Positions 26,100-35,096 of a stretch of 64,000 bases of DNA are shown piece by piece. The DNA is from Planctomycetota bacterium (GTDB lineage Bacteria > Planctomycetota > Phycisphaerae > UBA1845), in assembly GCA_038043285.1 (NCBI GenBank), contig JBBTCJ010000036.1, positions 26,822 to 90,821 on the forward strand, given 5' to 3'. Numbering within the stretch: position 1 is the stretch's first letter; every line of letters begins with the position of its first letter. The notes under the pieces were generated by a model. It ran no database searches. It was not told where the DNA came from and worked only from the letters and a program-made list of their open reading frames with translations. A program made the position numbers and the translations under genes.

Positions 26100-28124
26100 C
26101 TACGCGTCGAGGCGTTTGCCGGGGCCTTGGTCGCGTAGTTCGTGGATTCGGTCGCGGAGCCGAGCGGCCTTTTCAAACTCCAGCGTTTCGGCGGCTTCGA
26201 GCATTTCCTGTTCGAGCAGGGCGATGAGTTCCGTCTGGTCCATCTCCTCCTCGGAGGCATGGACGGCTTCGGCGGCGACGCGGTGGGCGCTGACGAGGCG
26301 CTCCAGGCTGGAGCGAATCCCCTTGGTCACCGTCTGGGGGGTAATTCCATGCTGTTCGTTGAAGGCGAGTTGTTTTTGTCGGCGGCGGTCGGTCTCGTCC
26401 ATCGCGCGTTGCATGCTCGACGTCACGGTGTCGGCGTAAAGCACAACCTCGGCGTTCACGTTTCGCGCGGTCCGCCCGATCATCTGAATGAGTGAGGTTT
26501 CGCTGCGGAGAAATCCCTCCTTGTCGGCGTCGAGGATGCACACCAGCGACACTTCCGGGAGGTCCAGGCCTTCACGCAGCAGGTTGACGCCGACCAACAC
26601 GTCGAACTTGCCTTCGCGAAGCTCCTTGATAATGGCGATCCGTTCAAGGGTCTCGATGTCCGCGTGAAGATACTTGCCGCGCAGACCCTCCTGTTGAATG
26701 TATTTTGAAAGATCCTCGGCCAGGCGTTTGGTGAGCGTCGTCACCAGCACGCGTTCGCCGGCGGCGGCCCGCTGGGCGATGCGTTGCAGCAGGTCCGGCA
26801 CCTGACCGCGGGCCGGAAGAACCTCGATGGGCGGATCGACGAGGCCCGTAGGGCGAATGATCTGCTCGACCACCTCGCCGCGGCACAGTTCCAGTTCCAG
26901 CGGTCCGGGGGTGGCGGAGACCAGCAGCACCTTGTGCCACATGCCGGCGAATTCTTCTCCGCGCATGGGGCGGTTGTCGAGGCAACTGGGCAGGCGGAAG
27001 CCGTGCTCGACGAGCGTTTCCTTCCGCGCCCGATCGCCATTGTACATGCCGCGGATCTGCGGCAACGTCGCGTGCGATTCATCCACAACGAGCAGAAACT
27101 CCTTCGGGAAATAATCGACGAGCGTGTACGGCTTGGCCCCCGGGGCCGTGCCGTTGAGATGACGGGAGTAATTCTCGATTCCCGAGCAGTACCCGACCTC
27201 GCGGAGCATTTCGACGTCGTACTTGGTCCGGGCCAGAAGCCGCTGGGCCTCCAGCAGTTTTCCGTGGCGCCGGAACTCCTTGACCCGTTGATCGAGTTCT
27301 TCAAGGATGGTGCGGGTGGCCGTCTCGACGCGGTCCTGGGGCATGACGTAGTGGACGGCGGGGTAGATGAACACGCGGTCCAGCTTGCCCAGCGATTGCC
27401 CGTTGAGCGGGTTGAGGGCTTCGAGGTTGTCGATCTCGTCGCCGAACATCTCGATGCGGTAGGCGAACTGTTCGTGGGCCGGGTACAGCTCGACGACGTC
27501 GCCGCGGACGCGGAACGTGCCCCGCGACAGCTCGAAATCGTTCCGCGTGTATTGCAAATCGACGAAGCGCTTGAGCAGCTCGTCGCGGTCCATGGCCGGT
27601 CCGACCTCGAGCACGATGACGCTGGACTTGTAGTCCTCCGGAGACCCCAGGCCGAAAATGCACGAAACGCTGGCGACGATCACCGCGTCAGACCGCGAGA
27701 CCAGGGTGCTGGTGGTGCTGAGGCGGAGTCGATCCAGGTCGTCGTTGCGCGAGGCGTCCTTCTCAATGTAGATGTCCCGCTGAGGGATGTAGGCCTCGGG
27801 CTGATAGTAGTCGTAGTAGCTGACGAAGTACTCGACGCCGTTGTGCGGGAACAGCTCGCGGAACTCCTCGTAGAGTTGGGCGGCCAAGGTCTTGTTGTGC
27901 GAGATCACCAGCGTCGGGAGCCCCAGGCGGGCGAGCACGTTGGCCACCGTAAAAGTCTTGCCGGAACCGGTGACGCCGAGAAGGCACTGGTGCTTGGCGC
28001 CGCGCTGGAAGCCCTCGACCAGGCGCTCGATCGCCTGGGGCTGATCGCCCTTGGGCGTCATGGGGGTCACCAGCTCAAAACTCCCGCCGATGGAACGGCG
28101 ATGATGAGCGGTGGGAACGTGCAT
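26100..28124 (-). CDS. uvrB: excinuclease ABC subunit B
   Basis: PKGDQPQAIERLVEG...LLGVTGSGKTFT, helicase motifs throughout, and the C-terminal UVR domain LEFEKAARLRDRIHELR. Confidence 0.95.
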   Translation of the reverse strand: MHVPTAHHRRSIGGSFELVTPMTPKGDQPQAIERLVEGFQRGAKHQCLLGVTGSGKTFTVANVLARLGLPTLVISHNKTLAAQLYEEFRELFPHNGVEYFVSYYDYYQPEAYIPQRDIYIEKDASRNDDLDRLRLSTTSTLVSRSDAVIVASVSCIFGLGSPEDYKSSVIVLEVGPAMDRDELLKRFVDLQYTRNDFELSRGTFRVRGDVVELYPAHEQFAYRIEMFGDEIDNLEALNPLNGQSLGKLDRVFIYPAVHYVMPQDRVETATRTILEELDQRVKEFRRHGKLLEAQRLLARTKYDVEMLREVGYCSGIENYSRHLNGTAPGAKPYTLVDYFPKEFLLVVDESHATLPQIRGMYNGDRARKETLVEHGFRLPSCLDNRPMRGEEFAGMWHKVLLVSATPGPLELELCRGEVVEQIIRPTGLVDPPIEVLPARGQVPDLLQRIAQRAAAGERVLVTTLTKRLAEDLSKYIQQEGLRGKYLHADIETLERIAIIKELREGKFDVLVGVNLLREGLDLPEVSLVCILDADKEGFLRSETSLIQMIGRTARNVNAEVVLYADTVTSSMQRAMDETDRRRQKQLAFNEQHGITPQTVTKGIRSSLERLVSAHRVAAEAVHASEEEMDQTELIALLEQEMLEAAETLEFEKAARLRDRIHELRDQGPGKRLDA

Positions 28125-28377
28125 AAAGATGCTTCCTTCGGCGTGGCCGAGCGCCTCTCCAATGCGCCACCGCCCGGGTCACCACGGTCAGCCCATCGGG
28201 ACGTCGCCGGAATTCGCAACCCGACGCGTGCAACTACCGGCGTGCTCGTACTTCCGCCGCAACCACCAGGGGGTCTCGGGTCCGAGCGTTCCGAAGCGTT
28301 CGGATGAGCGTAGCGTCGACGAAGCCGGCGTCACGGAACTCCTTCAGGAAGGCCCCGCCCTCCTTAGCTCCGGCGAT

Positions 28378-28950
28378 TCACGCAAACCAGTTGGACTCGT
28401 TTTCCTGCTCCGTACGCGGAAGCGGCGCCGTAAGGACGAGCTCAGCAACAAAAGCAACGCCACCCGGCTTCATGACCCGGGCCAACTCGCTGAACACCGC
28501 TGTTCGAAACGGATTCAGATTGAAGATCCCGTTCACGATCGCCACGTCGATCGACGCCGCCGGGCACGGCAATGTCTCTGCTTCGCCGAGCCTCAGAGTA
28601 AGGTTACTGCAACCTGCCGCGGAAGCCGCTGCCCTCGCCCGCGCCAACATGGCCTCGCTGAAGTCAATGCCCATCACGCAGCCGGCCGGACCGACCCGAC
28701 GCGCCAAGATGATCGAGTCCAGGCCCGCGCCGCAACCGAGGTCAAGCACGGACGCTCCAGGCGGAACCTCGGCGAAAACTGAAACGTTGGACACGCCGGC
28801 GAACGCCTCAACAGCTTCCGGTGGCAGCGAATCGAGAATGGTTTTGGGATAGCCGAGGCTCTCAGCGAACCCGCGACCGACCGGGAACGCATGGATGCGG
28901 TCGGGGTAGGTCGCGGCCGCCGAGTACGCGGCCCGCACGCCATCGCGCAA
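28378..28950 (-). CDS. class I SAM-dependent methyltransferase (ArsM/UbiE-like)
   Basis: Motif I VLDLGCGAGLD and the post-I and motif II/III pattern (VMGIDFSEAM...IDVAIVNGIFNL...VMKPGGVAFV). The TTG start is uncertain. Confidence 0.8.
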   Translation of the reverse strand: MRDGVRAAYSAAATYPDRIHAFPVGRGFAESLGYPKTILDSLPPEAVEAFAGVSNVSVFAEVPPGASVLDLGCGAGLDSIILARRVGPAGCVMGIDFSEAMLARARAAASAAGCSNLTLRLGEAETLPCPAASIDVAIVNGIFNLNPFRTAVFSELARVMKPGGVAFVAELVLTAPLPRTEQENESNWFA

Positions 28951-29184
28951 TCGCTGTTCCGCGTTCAGTCGAGCATCCTCCGCAAGTGACGCCGTGCCTG
29001 CCTTGCCCGATGTACTGTTGCCTGCTGTGGATCCTTGACCAAAGCCTCATCCGGCGCAAGCATCGGGGCGACAACCTCGATCCGCAGGAACCATGTCGCT
29101 CCGCCGGGGTTGACGGCACGAACGCTCAGTATAACATGTCCGGAACCTACGAGTGGGCCGGGAGATCGGCTCGTCGTGTTAACA

Positions 29185-29257
29185 GCCCCCATCGTCTAGT
29201 GGCCTAGGATATCAGGTTCTCATCCTGGAGACAGGGGTTCGACTCCCCTTGGGGGTA
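29185..29257 (+). tRNA. tRNA-Glu (anticodon CUC)
   Basis: Hand-folded cloverleaf: acceptor GCCCCCA/TGGGGGT (G1-U72 wobble), anticodon stem TCAGG/CCTGG with loop TTCTCAT, T arm AGGGG-TTCGACT-CCCCT. It closely resembles the E. coli tRNA-Glu layout. CCA is not encoded. Confidence 0.85.
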
Positions 29258-29261
29258 GTTT

Positions 29262-29290
29262 CGCGGGCTGGTAACGGCCCGCGTTTTCTT
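29262..29290 (+). terminator. rho-independent terminator after tRNA-Glu
   Basis: CGCGGGC-TGGTAACG-GCCCGCG followed by TTTTCTT. Confidence 0.6.
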
Positions 29291-29655
29291 GCGCTGAGTG
29301 TGCGGGCGGGTGGGTTCCTTGAGATGCCCCCACCCCACGCGCGACCTCTCAGCGGCATTCTTGAGAGCGATAAGCTCCTGGCGAACATTCCAGACGCCGG
29401 TTCAAAGCACCGATAGAGGCTCTCGACAACGGGCACGAAACACCCTTGCCGCGATCGCGCGAGCTGACACCTTCGGTCGGGGTAGCCCGTGGACGCACGG
29501 ACGGGATGCCGGGGCCATACGGGGTTCTTCCGGGCGCTTTGATTCTCGCCAACACTCGACGACGACTGAAAACCGCCGGCGGACGAGCCGCCGCCAGCGC
29601 CCGTTTCCGGCCGAGGGGCTAGAGTGGAAAGGGCCTGGGGGGGTTCCACCGAGTG

Positions 29656-29684
29656 TTGTACGGAGCCACGTACCATGCTACAAT
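29656..29684 (+). promoter_or_regulatory. sigma-70-type promoter candidate for the HNH gene (TTGTAC-17 bp-TACAAT)
   Basis: The hexamers lie at 29656..29661 and 29679..29684 with a 17-bp spacer, about 100 nt upstream of the GTG at 29784. Confidence 0.45.
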
Positions 29685-29783
29685 CGGTAGCGGGTTCGTG
29701 GAGTTACCCGCGGGCCTGAGGGATGCCTGGACAATTAAGGAGAACGAGTCTTCGCAGCCGCCGCCTCACCTCTGGATAGCCGT

Positions 29784-30398
29784 GTGTTGTTGCTGAACGC
29801 GCACTACATGGCGATGCGCGTCGTCAACGTACGACGCGCCGTCAGCCTGCTCTTCAAGCGGGACGAGACCGACAACCCCGTCGCCGAAATCATCAGCATC
29901 GAGGACGGTCGATACGTTTCGTACAACTTCGAGGACTGGGCCGAGCTCAGTGCGTTCAAACACGAGTTCGAGCCGACGCAACACGATTGGATCCGCACGG
30001 TCCGTCTGCACATCGCCGTTCCGCGGATCGTCCGGGTGCTGACTTTTTCGAGGGTTCCTCGGCAGGACGTGAAGTTCAATCGCCGCAACCTCTTCGCGCG
30101 GGACAACAACACGTGTCAATACTGCGGGAGGCGATTCCCGACGACGCATCTGAGCCTCGACCATATCGTTCCCCGGTCGCGCGGCGGCGTGGCGTCGTGG
30201 GAGAACATCGTCTGCTCCTGCACCCGCTGCAACGTTCGTAAGGGCGGCCGGACGCCCCATGAAGCAAACATGCGTCTGGTCCGCCGACCGCTCAAGCCGC
30301 GGCGCAACCCCGTGGTGACCATCACACTCTGCGACAACCGCTACGCCTCGTGGCGGCAGTTCCTTGACGCCGCGTATTGGGACGTCGAACTGAAGTAG
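29784..30398 (+). CDS. HNH endonuclease family protein
   Basis: CQYCGRRFPTTHLSLDHIVPRSRGGVASWENIVCSCTRCNVRKG is a complete HNH/zinc-ribbon motif. The GTG start gives VLLLNAHY. Confidence 0.85.
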   Translation: MLLLNAHYMAMRVVNVRRAVSLLFKRDETDNPVAEIISIEDGRYVSYNFEDWAELSAFKHEFEPTQHDWIRTVRLHIAVPRIVRVLTFSRVPRQDVKFNRRNLFARDNNTCQYCGRRFPTTHLSLDHIVPRSRGGVASWENIVCSCTRCNVRKGGRTPHEANMRLVRRPLKPRRNPVVTITLCDNRYASWRQFLDAAYWDVELK

Positions 30399-30715
30399 CT
30401 GTCGAATCAGAGGGATTCACGGTCAAGTGCATCGCCTGACCCCCTGTGTCCCTGCTTGGCGATGGGGGAGGCTTTCAGGCGACCGGCACGGCTGACCGTG
30501 ACGTGCCGTCACGCCGCGACGGTGAGACAGCGAATCTGGTCTGCTCGAAGTGAGATCAAGACCATCCCAGTCTTCGCGTACCCTGGCTTATCGGAACCTT
30601 CCGCACATCGAAGTAATCACGGATCCGCGTTTACGATCGGTTTTCGATTGTAAGGTACAGGTAAGGCCGGCGCGCCAGCAGCGGCGCGAACGGTTCATGG
30701 AGGCGTTGGAACACG

Positions 30716-31141
30716 ATGGCGAATTTCAGGCCGCCCGCTACCCGCGCTGACAGTTTCGATTCTGCGGCGTCCGGCGACAGGACGTCGGCGGGCATCGTGT
30801 CGGCCCCCGGTGCGGTTGTCGGCGAGCGGATATTCGACGAACGACGCCACGAGCGAAAGCCGTGGACGACCACGCTCACCGTCTGGGTGAAGGATCGGAG
30901 CGGCGCATGGAACATGCCTCGGAAGCTAACCGTCGCAACCCATGACATTTCGCCGGGCGGGTTCAGTTTCTTCTACCAACAGTTCCTGCACGTCAACACC
31001 CTGGTAAGCGCGCGCTTCGACGGTTTGCCGAGCAAGCCGGTGCTGCTTGGCGTCGTCGCCAACTGCACATACCTAGACGGCCAGTATCGGGTCGGCGTGC
31101 GGTTCGTTGACGTGATGAGCTGCGACCCCCAACTCGGCTGA
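30716..31141 (+). CDS. stand-alone PilZ-domain (c-di-GMP-binding) protein
   Basis: The RxxxR motif (RRHER) is followed about 35 aa later by D-x-S-x-x-G (DISPGG). The rest has the beta-barrel-like pattern of PilZ. Confidence 0.75.
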   Translation: MANFRPPATRADSFDSAASGDRTSAGIVSAPGAVVGERIFDERRHERKPWTTTLTVWVKDRSGAWNMPRKLTVATHDISPGGFSFFYQQFLHVNTLVSARFDGLPSKPVLLGVVANCTYLDGQYRVGVRFVDVMSCDPQLG

Positions 31142-31212
31142 CGGCCAAGTTCCACGGCGCCGCCGCGGTGTCCCGGCAGAACCCGAAGAATCAGGGGCGG
31201 CGGAGCAGAAGA

Positions 31213-32469
31213 CTACCGGGCAACGCTCACCTGGCCCGCTGAGTCCCCAGCCCAGTGAGGCTTTCTAGACGCCGACAGCGGCACGGACTGCGCAACCACA
31301 CCGCGGTAGACCTCGACGATGGCGCCGGCCGCCGCTTCCCAGGTAAACCGCGAGGCCCGAAGCAACCCCAATCCCGCGAGTCTTTTTCGGCAGTTTTGAT
31401 CCGCACAAATCCGGTGCAATGCGCGGGCGGCTTCCGCCGGTTGGTCCGGATCGACGAGCACGCCCGCTTCGCCGACGACTTCGGGAAGGGCAGCGCGATT
31501 CGCCGCGATCACCGGGCAGCCGTGGGACATGGCCTCGACAATCGGCAGGCCGAACCCCTCGTCGGTGGAGAGGAGCATTAGCGCCTCCGCCCGGCGATAC
31601 GCCCGCACGAGGTCCGATTCGCTGAGCGCATCGAGGAATCGGACCGGTGCATTCTGCGGCAGCGTTTGCATGACTTCCTTTGCGGCGGGGCACAGCGCAT
31701 CTTTCCGACCGGTCAGCCACAATTCGAGCCTGGGGTCAAACGCTCGCCAGTATTCGAGCATGGCTCGCAGCAGCCCGGAGACGTTCTTGCGCGGTTCGTG
31801 CCCACCGACGTACAGTACGAATTCCGGCGGCGGCGATCCCTCGGCGTTTGTGCCGCCTGGCAAAGAAGGCCGTGCGCCTCCGTCAGACTGATCGTGCGAC
31901 GAAGACGACCCGCCGCCGGGCGGAGTCACCCCGTTGGAAACAACGAGGACGCGGTCGCCGGCGACACCCAGTCGGTCCAGCAGTTGCCCGCGCGTGAACG
32001 CGCTGACGGTGGTGATCGCGGCGGCCCGGCGCGCCGACCATTGGACGCCGGCTCGATAAGCCCATCGGTCGCGCCGTAGGGCGAAGTACTCGCCCGGTTT
32101 GTCCCACGGGATCAGATCATGGATGGTCAGCACGCTCGGAACGGGGCAGGCGAAAGGGATGCCGCTGTTCCATGTCGCGTGAAACACGTCGGCACTGCTT
32201 CGGCGAATCAGCGCCCGCAGCCGAGTCTCCTCCCACCACAGACGGCGAGAGGGACTGCGGTCTTTGCGTCCAAACGAGGAGGGAGCGACTTCCACGTCGT
32301 CACGATGGGTCCAGGGCGAATGCTCGTCGTTTCCGCAGAGCACAATCACGCGCACGTCATCGCGTTGGGCCAACTCGTCGACGAGGCTGGTGACCATTCG
32401 CGCGATGCCGGAGAACCTCCCGACGAGCATCCGAGCATCGAGCAGCACCCGCAGGGGACGGTGCGTCAT
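31213..32469 (-). CDS. glycosyltransferase family 4 (GT-B)
   Basis: LRVLLDARML...GIARMV N-domain and a C-terminal EGFGLPIVEAMSHGCPVIA motif. The ATG at 32469 overlaps the upstream stop (ATGA). Confidence 0.85.
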   Translation of the reverse strand: MTHRPLRVLLDARMLVGRFSGIARMVTSLVDELAQRDDVRVIVLCGNDEHSPWTHRDDVEVAPSSFGRKDRSPSRRLWWEETRLRALIRRSSADVFHATWNSGIPFACPVPSVLTIHDLIPWDKPGEYFALRRDRWAYRAGVQWSARRAAAITTVSAFTRGQLLDRLGVAGDRVLVVSNGVTPPGGGSSSSHDQSDGGARPSLPGGTNAEGSPPPEFVLYVGGHEPRKNVSGLLRAMLEYWRAFDPRLELWLTGRKDALCPAAKEVMQTLPQNAPVRFLDALSESDLVRAYRRAEALMLLSTDEGFGLPIVEAMSHGCPVIAANRAALPEVVGEAGVLVDPDQPAEAARALHRICADQNCRKRLAGLGLLRASRFTWEAAAGAIVEVYRGVVAQSVPLSASRKPHWAGDSAGQVSVAR

Positions 32470-33209
32470 TGGATGGCCCTCCGCGCGACGCAACACAGGG
32501 TCTGCCCGCGCCAACGCAAGCCGGCGACGGAGGATATGGCCTGGGCATGGCGCGTCACCATCCGCCGCGCCCGCCAGCCTCCGGGGCATGCGCGGTAATT
32601 GCGGAAGAGCGGGAGTCCAAGGGTGCGAAGCTCGTCGACGACCAACCCGGATCGCTGCACAGTCGCGGGCAACGTAAGCCGGTCGTAAATCCGAACGTGC
32701 GTGGGGTCAGCAAAAACGCTCGGATCGCAGAAGCAGGCGTTGGGCGTCAGCAAGATGAGGAGGCCGCCGACCTTGAGCACGCGACGCCACTCGCGCAAGA
32801 CCCGCTCGGCGTCGGGAATGTGCTCGATGACATGTTGCGCTGTCACGGCGTCCAGCGCCTCGCCGGCAAGGGGGAGTCGTTCACCTCGGGCGACGAGCAG
32901 CGGTACGTTGGGTCGGCGCGATCTCGTCAGCGACAGGCCCTCTCCACATAGGTCCAGGCCGATGACCCGCGAGCGCCCGATCCAATCGAAGAGCGAGCCC
33001 GAGCCGCAACCCACGTCCAACACTCGGGAGGCGTGTTTCGGCAGGCGTTGTTGAATCCATGCGGCCTCCATTTCGAACTCAGCCCCGTGGCCGCGATGGG
33101 CGAAATGGGCCTCCACGCCGCCGAGCGGGTCCGGGATCGGCCGTGGCGCGGAGCCGATGGCCGCGGGGCGGGCGGCGTCTGCGAATTCAAATGTCGCGGC
33201 GGCGGTCAT
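32466..33209 (-). CDS. class I SAM-dependent methyltransferase
   Basis: VLDVGCGSGS motif I, then DAVTAQHVIEHIPD and VLKVGGLLILLTPN. The ATG at 33209 overlaps the upstream stop (ATGA); the ORF track extends to 33497. Confidence 0.8.
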   Translation of the reverse strand: MTAAATFEFADAARPAAIGSAPRPIPDPLGGVEAHFAHRGHGAEFEMEAAWIQQRLPKHASRVLDVGCGSGSLFDWIGRSRVIGLDLCGEGLSLTRSRRPNVPLLVARGERLPLAGEALDAVTAQHVIEHIPDAERVLREWRRVLKVGGLLILLTPNACFCDPSVFADPTHVRIYDRLTLPATVQRSGLVVDELRTLGLPLFRNYRACPGGWRARRMVTRHAQAISSVAGLRWRGQTLCCVARRAIQ

Positions 33210-34000
33210 CGCGGCGGATGCGGCAAACCGCACCGTCCCATCACGATCAGCGACATGCCCATGATTCCATCCAGGACCGAGCGCGTATCGACCCAGTCCA
33301 CGGGTCGATGAAAAACATTGCGAAGCCAATGATCTCCAACCGATTGCCAGAACCCGACGCAATCGCTGGACAAATCCTGCAAGCCGGACTGCACGGCAAG
33401 CCGACGCAGTTCGCGCCGACCGTAGGGCAGCTCGACCCCATAGGGCCACCATCCGCGGCGCTGCAGGTACCATTTCCATGCGCGATACGGGAGGCACGCC
33501 GCGTGGGGAACGCTGATGACCGCCAGTCCGCCGGAGTGGAGCGCCGCCACGTGAGCCTTGACGGAGCGGAGTCGATCTACTCCCTGGAAATGCTCGATCA
33601 CTCCCGACGAAAGAGCGACGTCGAACTTCCCCGCGAACTCCTCCATTGCAAACATGTCGCCGCGAAGGAACTCGGCGGTCAGTCCCAGACGTTGAAAGCG
33701 AGCGCGGGCTTGATCGAGGCCGGCGTCACTGGCATCCAGGAGCGTAACGCTCGCTCCATGCTCGGCGAGCAACGCAGACCAATCCCCCCTGCCGCTTCCC
33801 AGTTCGATTGTTCGCAAGCCCTCGATACGCCCGAATGCGCGCGCGAGGCGATCGGTCATCCGTCGCCAGCGCGGGCTACGACGCTCGCGGGCCAGCAGGG
33901 CATCGTCGCGTTCCGCGGTCGGGGCGTGGGTCCATACCCGATCCCAGACCGTTTCCGCGGGGGCGCTCGATAGAATCGAAGATGACGGTGAATTCACCAT
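33206..34000 (-). CDS. class I SAM-dependent methyltransferase
   Basis: TIELGSGRGD motif I, then FDVALSSGVIEHF and LHSGGLAVISVPH. Confidence 0.8.
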   Translation of the reverse strand: MVNSPSSSILSSAPAETVWDRVWTHAPTAERDDALLARERRSPRWRRMTDRLARAFGRIEGLRTIELGSGRGDWSALLAEHGASVTLLDASDAGLDQARARFQRLGLTAEFLRGDMFAMEEFAGKFDVALSSGVIEHFQGVDRLRSVKAHVAALHSGGLAVISVPHAACLPYRAWKWYLQRRGWWPYGVELPYGRRELRRLAVQSGLQDLSSDCVGFWQSVGDHWLRNVFHRPVDWVDTRSVLDGIMGMSLIVMGRCGLPHPPR

Positions 34001-34121
34001 GACACAACTCGCGCGCGGTGTTCATCCATGCTGCCGCTTGCGACTACGGAGCGTCCCAGCGCAGCCCTTAGACTTATCGGACGCGCCATGGAGCGAGTTG
34101 AGAACGCCTGGACGGCGTGGA

Positions 34122-35096
34122 TCAGGAGCTCGCGGCGCGACGCCGCGGCCACAGCGTTCGCAGCCCCGCTTCGATTCCGTTGATGAACACAGCCAGATTC
34201 GGCGAGGCCGCGAACGACTTCGCGAAGGCAAGGGCGGCGGAGCGCGGATCATCGGTCCGCAAGGCGTCCAGGCCGACTTGACGAAGAGTCGCGGCAAGCT
34301 GCCGGCGGAGGCCGTCTCGCTGGGCCGAAGTCATGTCTGGGAAGGCGTCCAGGATAGTGTACAGCAGCTTTTTCTTCCCGAGGGTGTTTGTTCGACGGCT
34401 CTCGCGCGTGAGGCTGTGGGCGAGAAAATGGTGAAGCGACAGCGGTTCATCGACGAAGCCGGCCCGACATCGCCGCGCAACCTGCAGGTAAAAAAGCCAC
34501 TCCTCCGCGTAGGAGCTCATGGGGGCGAATCGCACGCAGTCGCCGAGCACGTCGCGTCGAACCATCCCCACGATGGTGGCGATGAAGTAGCCGCGAATGA
34601 GCGTGTCGAACAGGGAGCCGGTGCAGACGTGGAGGCGCGGAGCGATTTCGATCGTCGGCGCCTCCAGGGCACGGGGGAACTTCGAGCGGAACACGCTATC
34701 GGTCCGACGACCTTCGAGGTCCACGAAGGCGAAGTCGCTGTAGACAAAGCCCAAGCTGGGTTCCTTACGGAACAGTTCGAGTTGTCGTTGCAGCTTGTCG
34801 GGAAGAAACTCGTCGTCGGAGTCGAGGAAGGCGACGTAGTCGCCGCGGGCCGCGTCGATCCCGCGGTTGCGGGCGCTGCTCGCCCCCTGGTTGTCTTGTC
34901 GGAGACAGGTGAAGCGCTTGCCGAGGGATTTCGCGTAGGGACTCACCGCGTTCGGCGTCTCGTCGCTTGATCCGTCGTCGACGACGATGATTTCCCAGCA
35001 ATCGATGGTTTGCCGGACAATGGAATCGAGGGCGCGGGGGAGAAGCCCGGCGCGGTTGTACGTCGGCACGACGATCGAGACGGTTGGAGCGGTCAT
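34122..35096 (-). CDS. glycosyltransferase family 2
   Basis: VSIVVPTYNRAGLLPRALDSIVRQT...IIVVDDGSSDET...VAFLDSDDEF (DXD). The ATG at 35096 overlaps the upstream stop (ATGA). Confidence 0.85.
   Translation of the reverse strand: MTAPTVSIVVPTYNRAGLLPRALDSIVRQTIDCWEIIVVDDGSSDETPNAVSPYAKSLGKRFTCLRQDNQGASSARNRGIDAARGDYVAFLDSDDEFLPDKLQRQLELFRKEPSLGFVYSDFAFVDLEGRRTDSVFRSKFPRALEAPTIEIAPRLHVCTGSLFDTLIRGYFIATIVGMVRRDVLGDCVRFAPMSSYAEEWLFYLQVARRCRAGFVDEPLSLHHFLAHSLTRESRRTNTLGKKKLLYTILDAFPDMTSAQRDGLRRQLAATLRQVGLDALRTDDPRSAALAFAKSFAASPNLAVFINGIEAGLRTLWPRRRAASS

Noticed and set aside
26784-28307. A 507-aa plus-strand ORF. Similar long shadow ORFs occur at 40347..41870, 52006..53709, 55536..56894, 61238..62233 and 33059..33973
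   Set aside because: Each is antisense to a gene with strong homology (uvrB, the GumC-like gene, the aldolase/SDR fusion, murJ, mfd, a methyltransferase) and has a low-complexity, Arg-rich composition. These are not independent genes.
29291-29655. Candidate tmRNA, RNase P, SRP or 6S RNA next to tRNA-Glu
   Set aside because: I could not find the conserved cores on either strand: GAGGAAAGTCCGGGC and ACAGAACCCGGCTTA for RNase P, a tRNA-like 3' end plus tag ORF for tmRNA, or GGAAGCAGCC for SRP. I have kept it only as an unexplained gap in the findings.
29185-31141. tRNA-adjacent genomic island (tRNA-Glu followed by the HNH endonuclease and the PilZ protein)
   Set aside because: There is no integrase or recombinase gene, I could not spot a direct repeat of the tRNA 3' end downstream, and the composition is not obviously different from the flanks.
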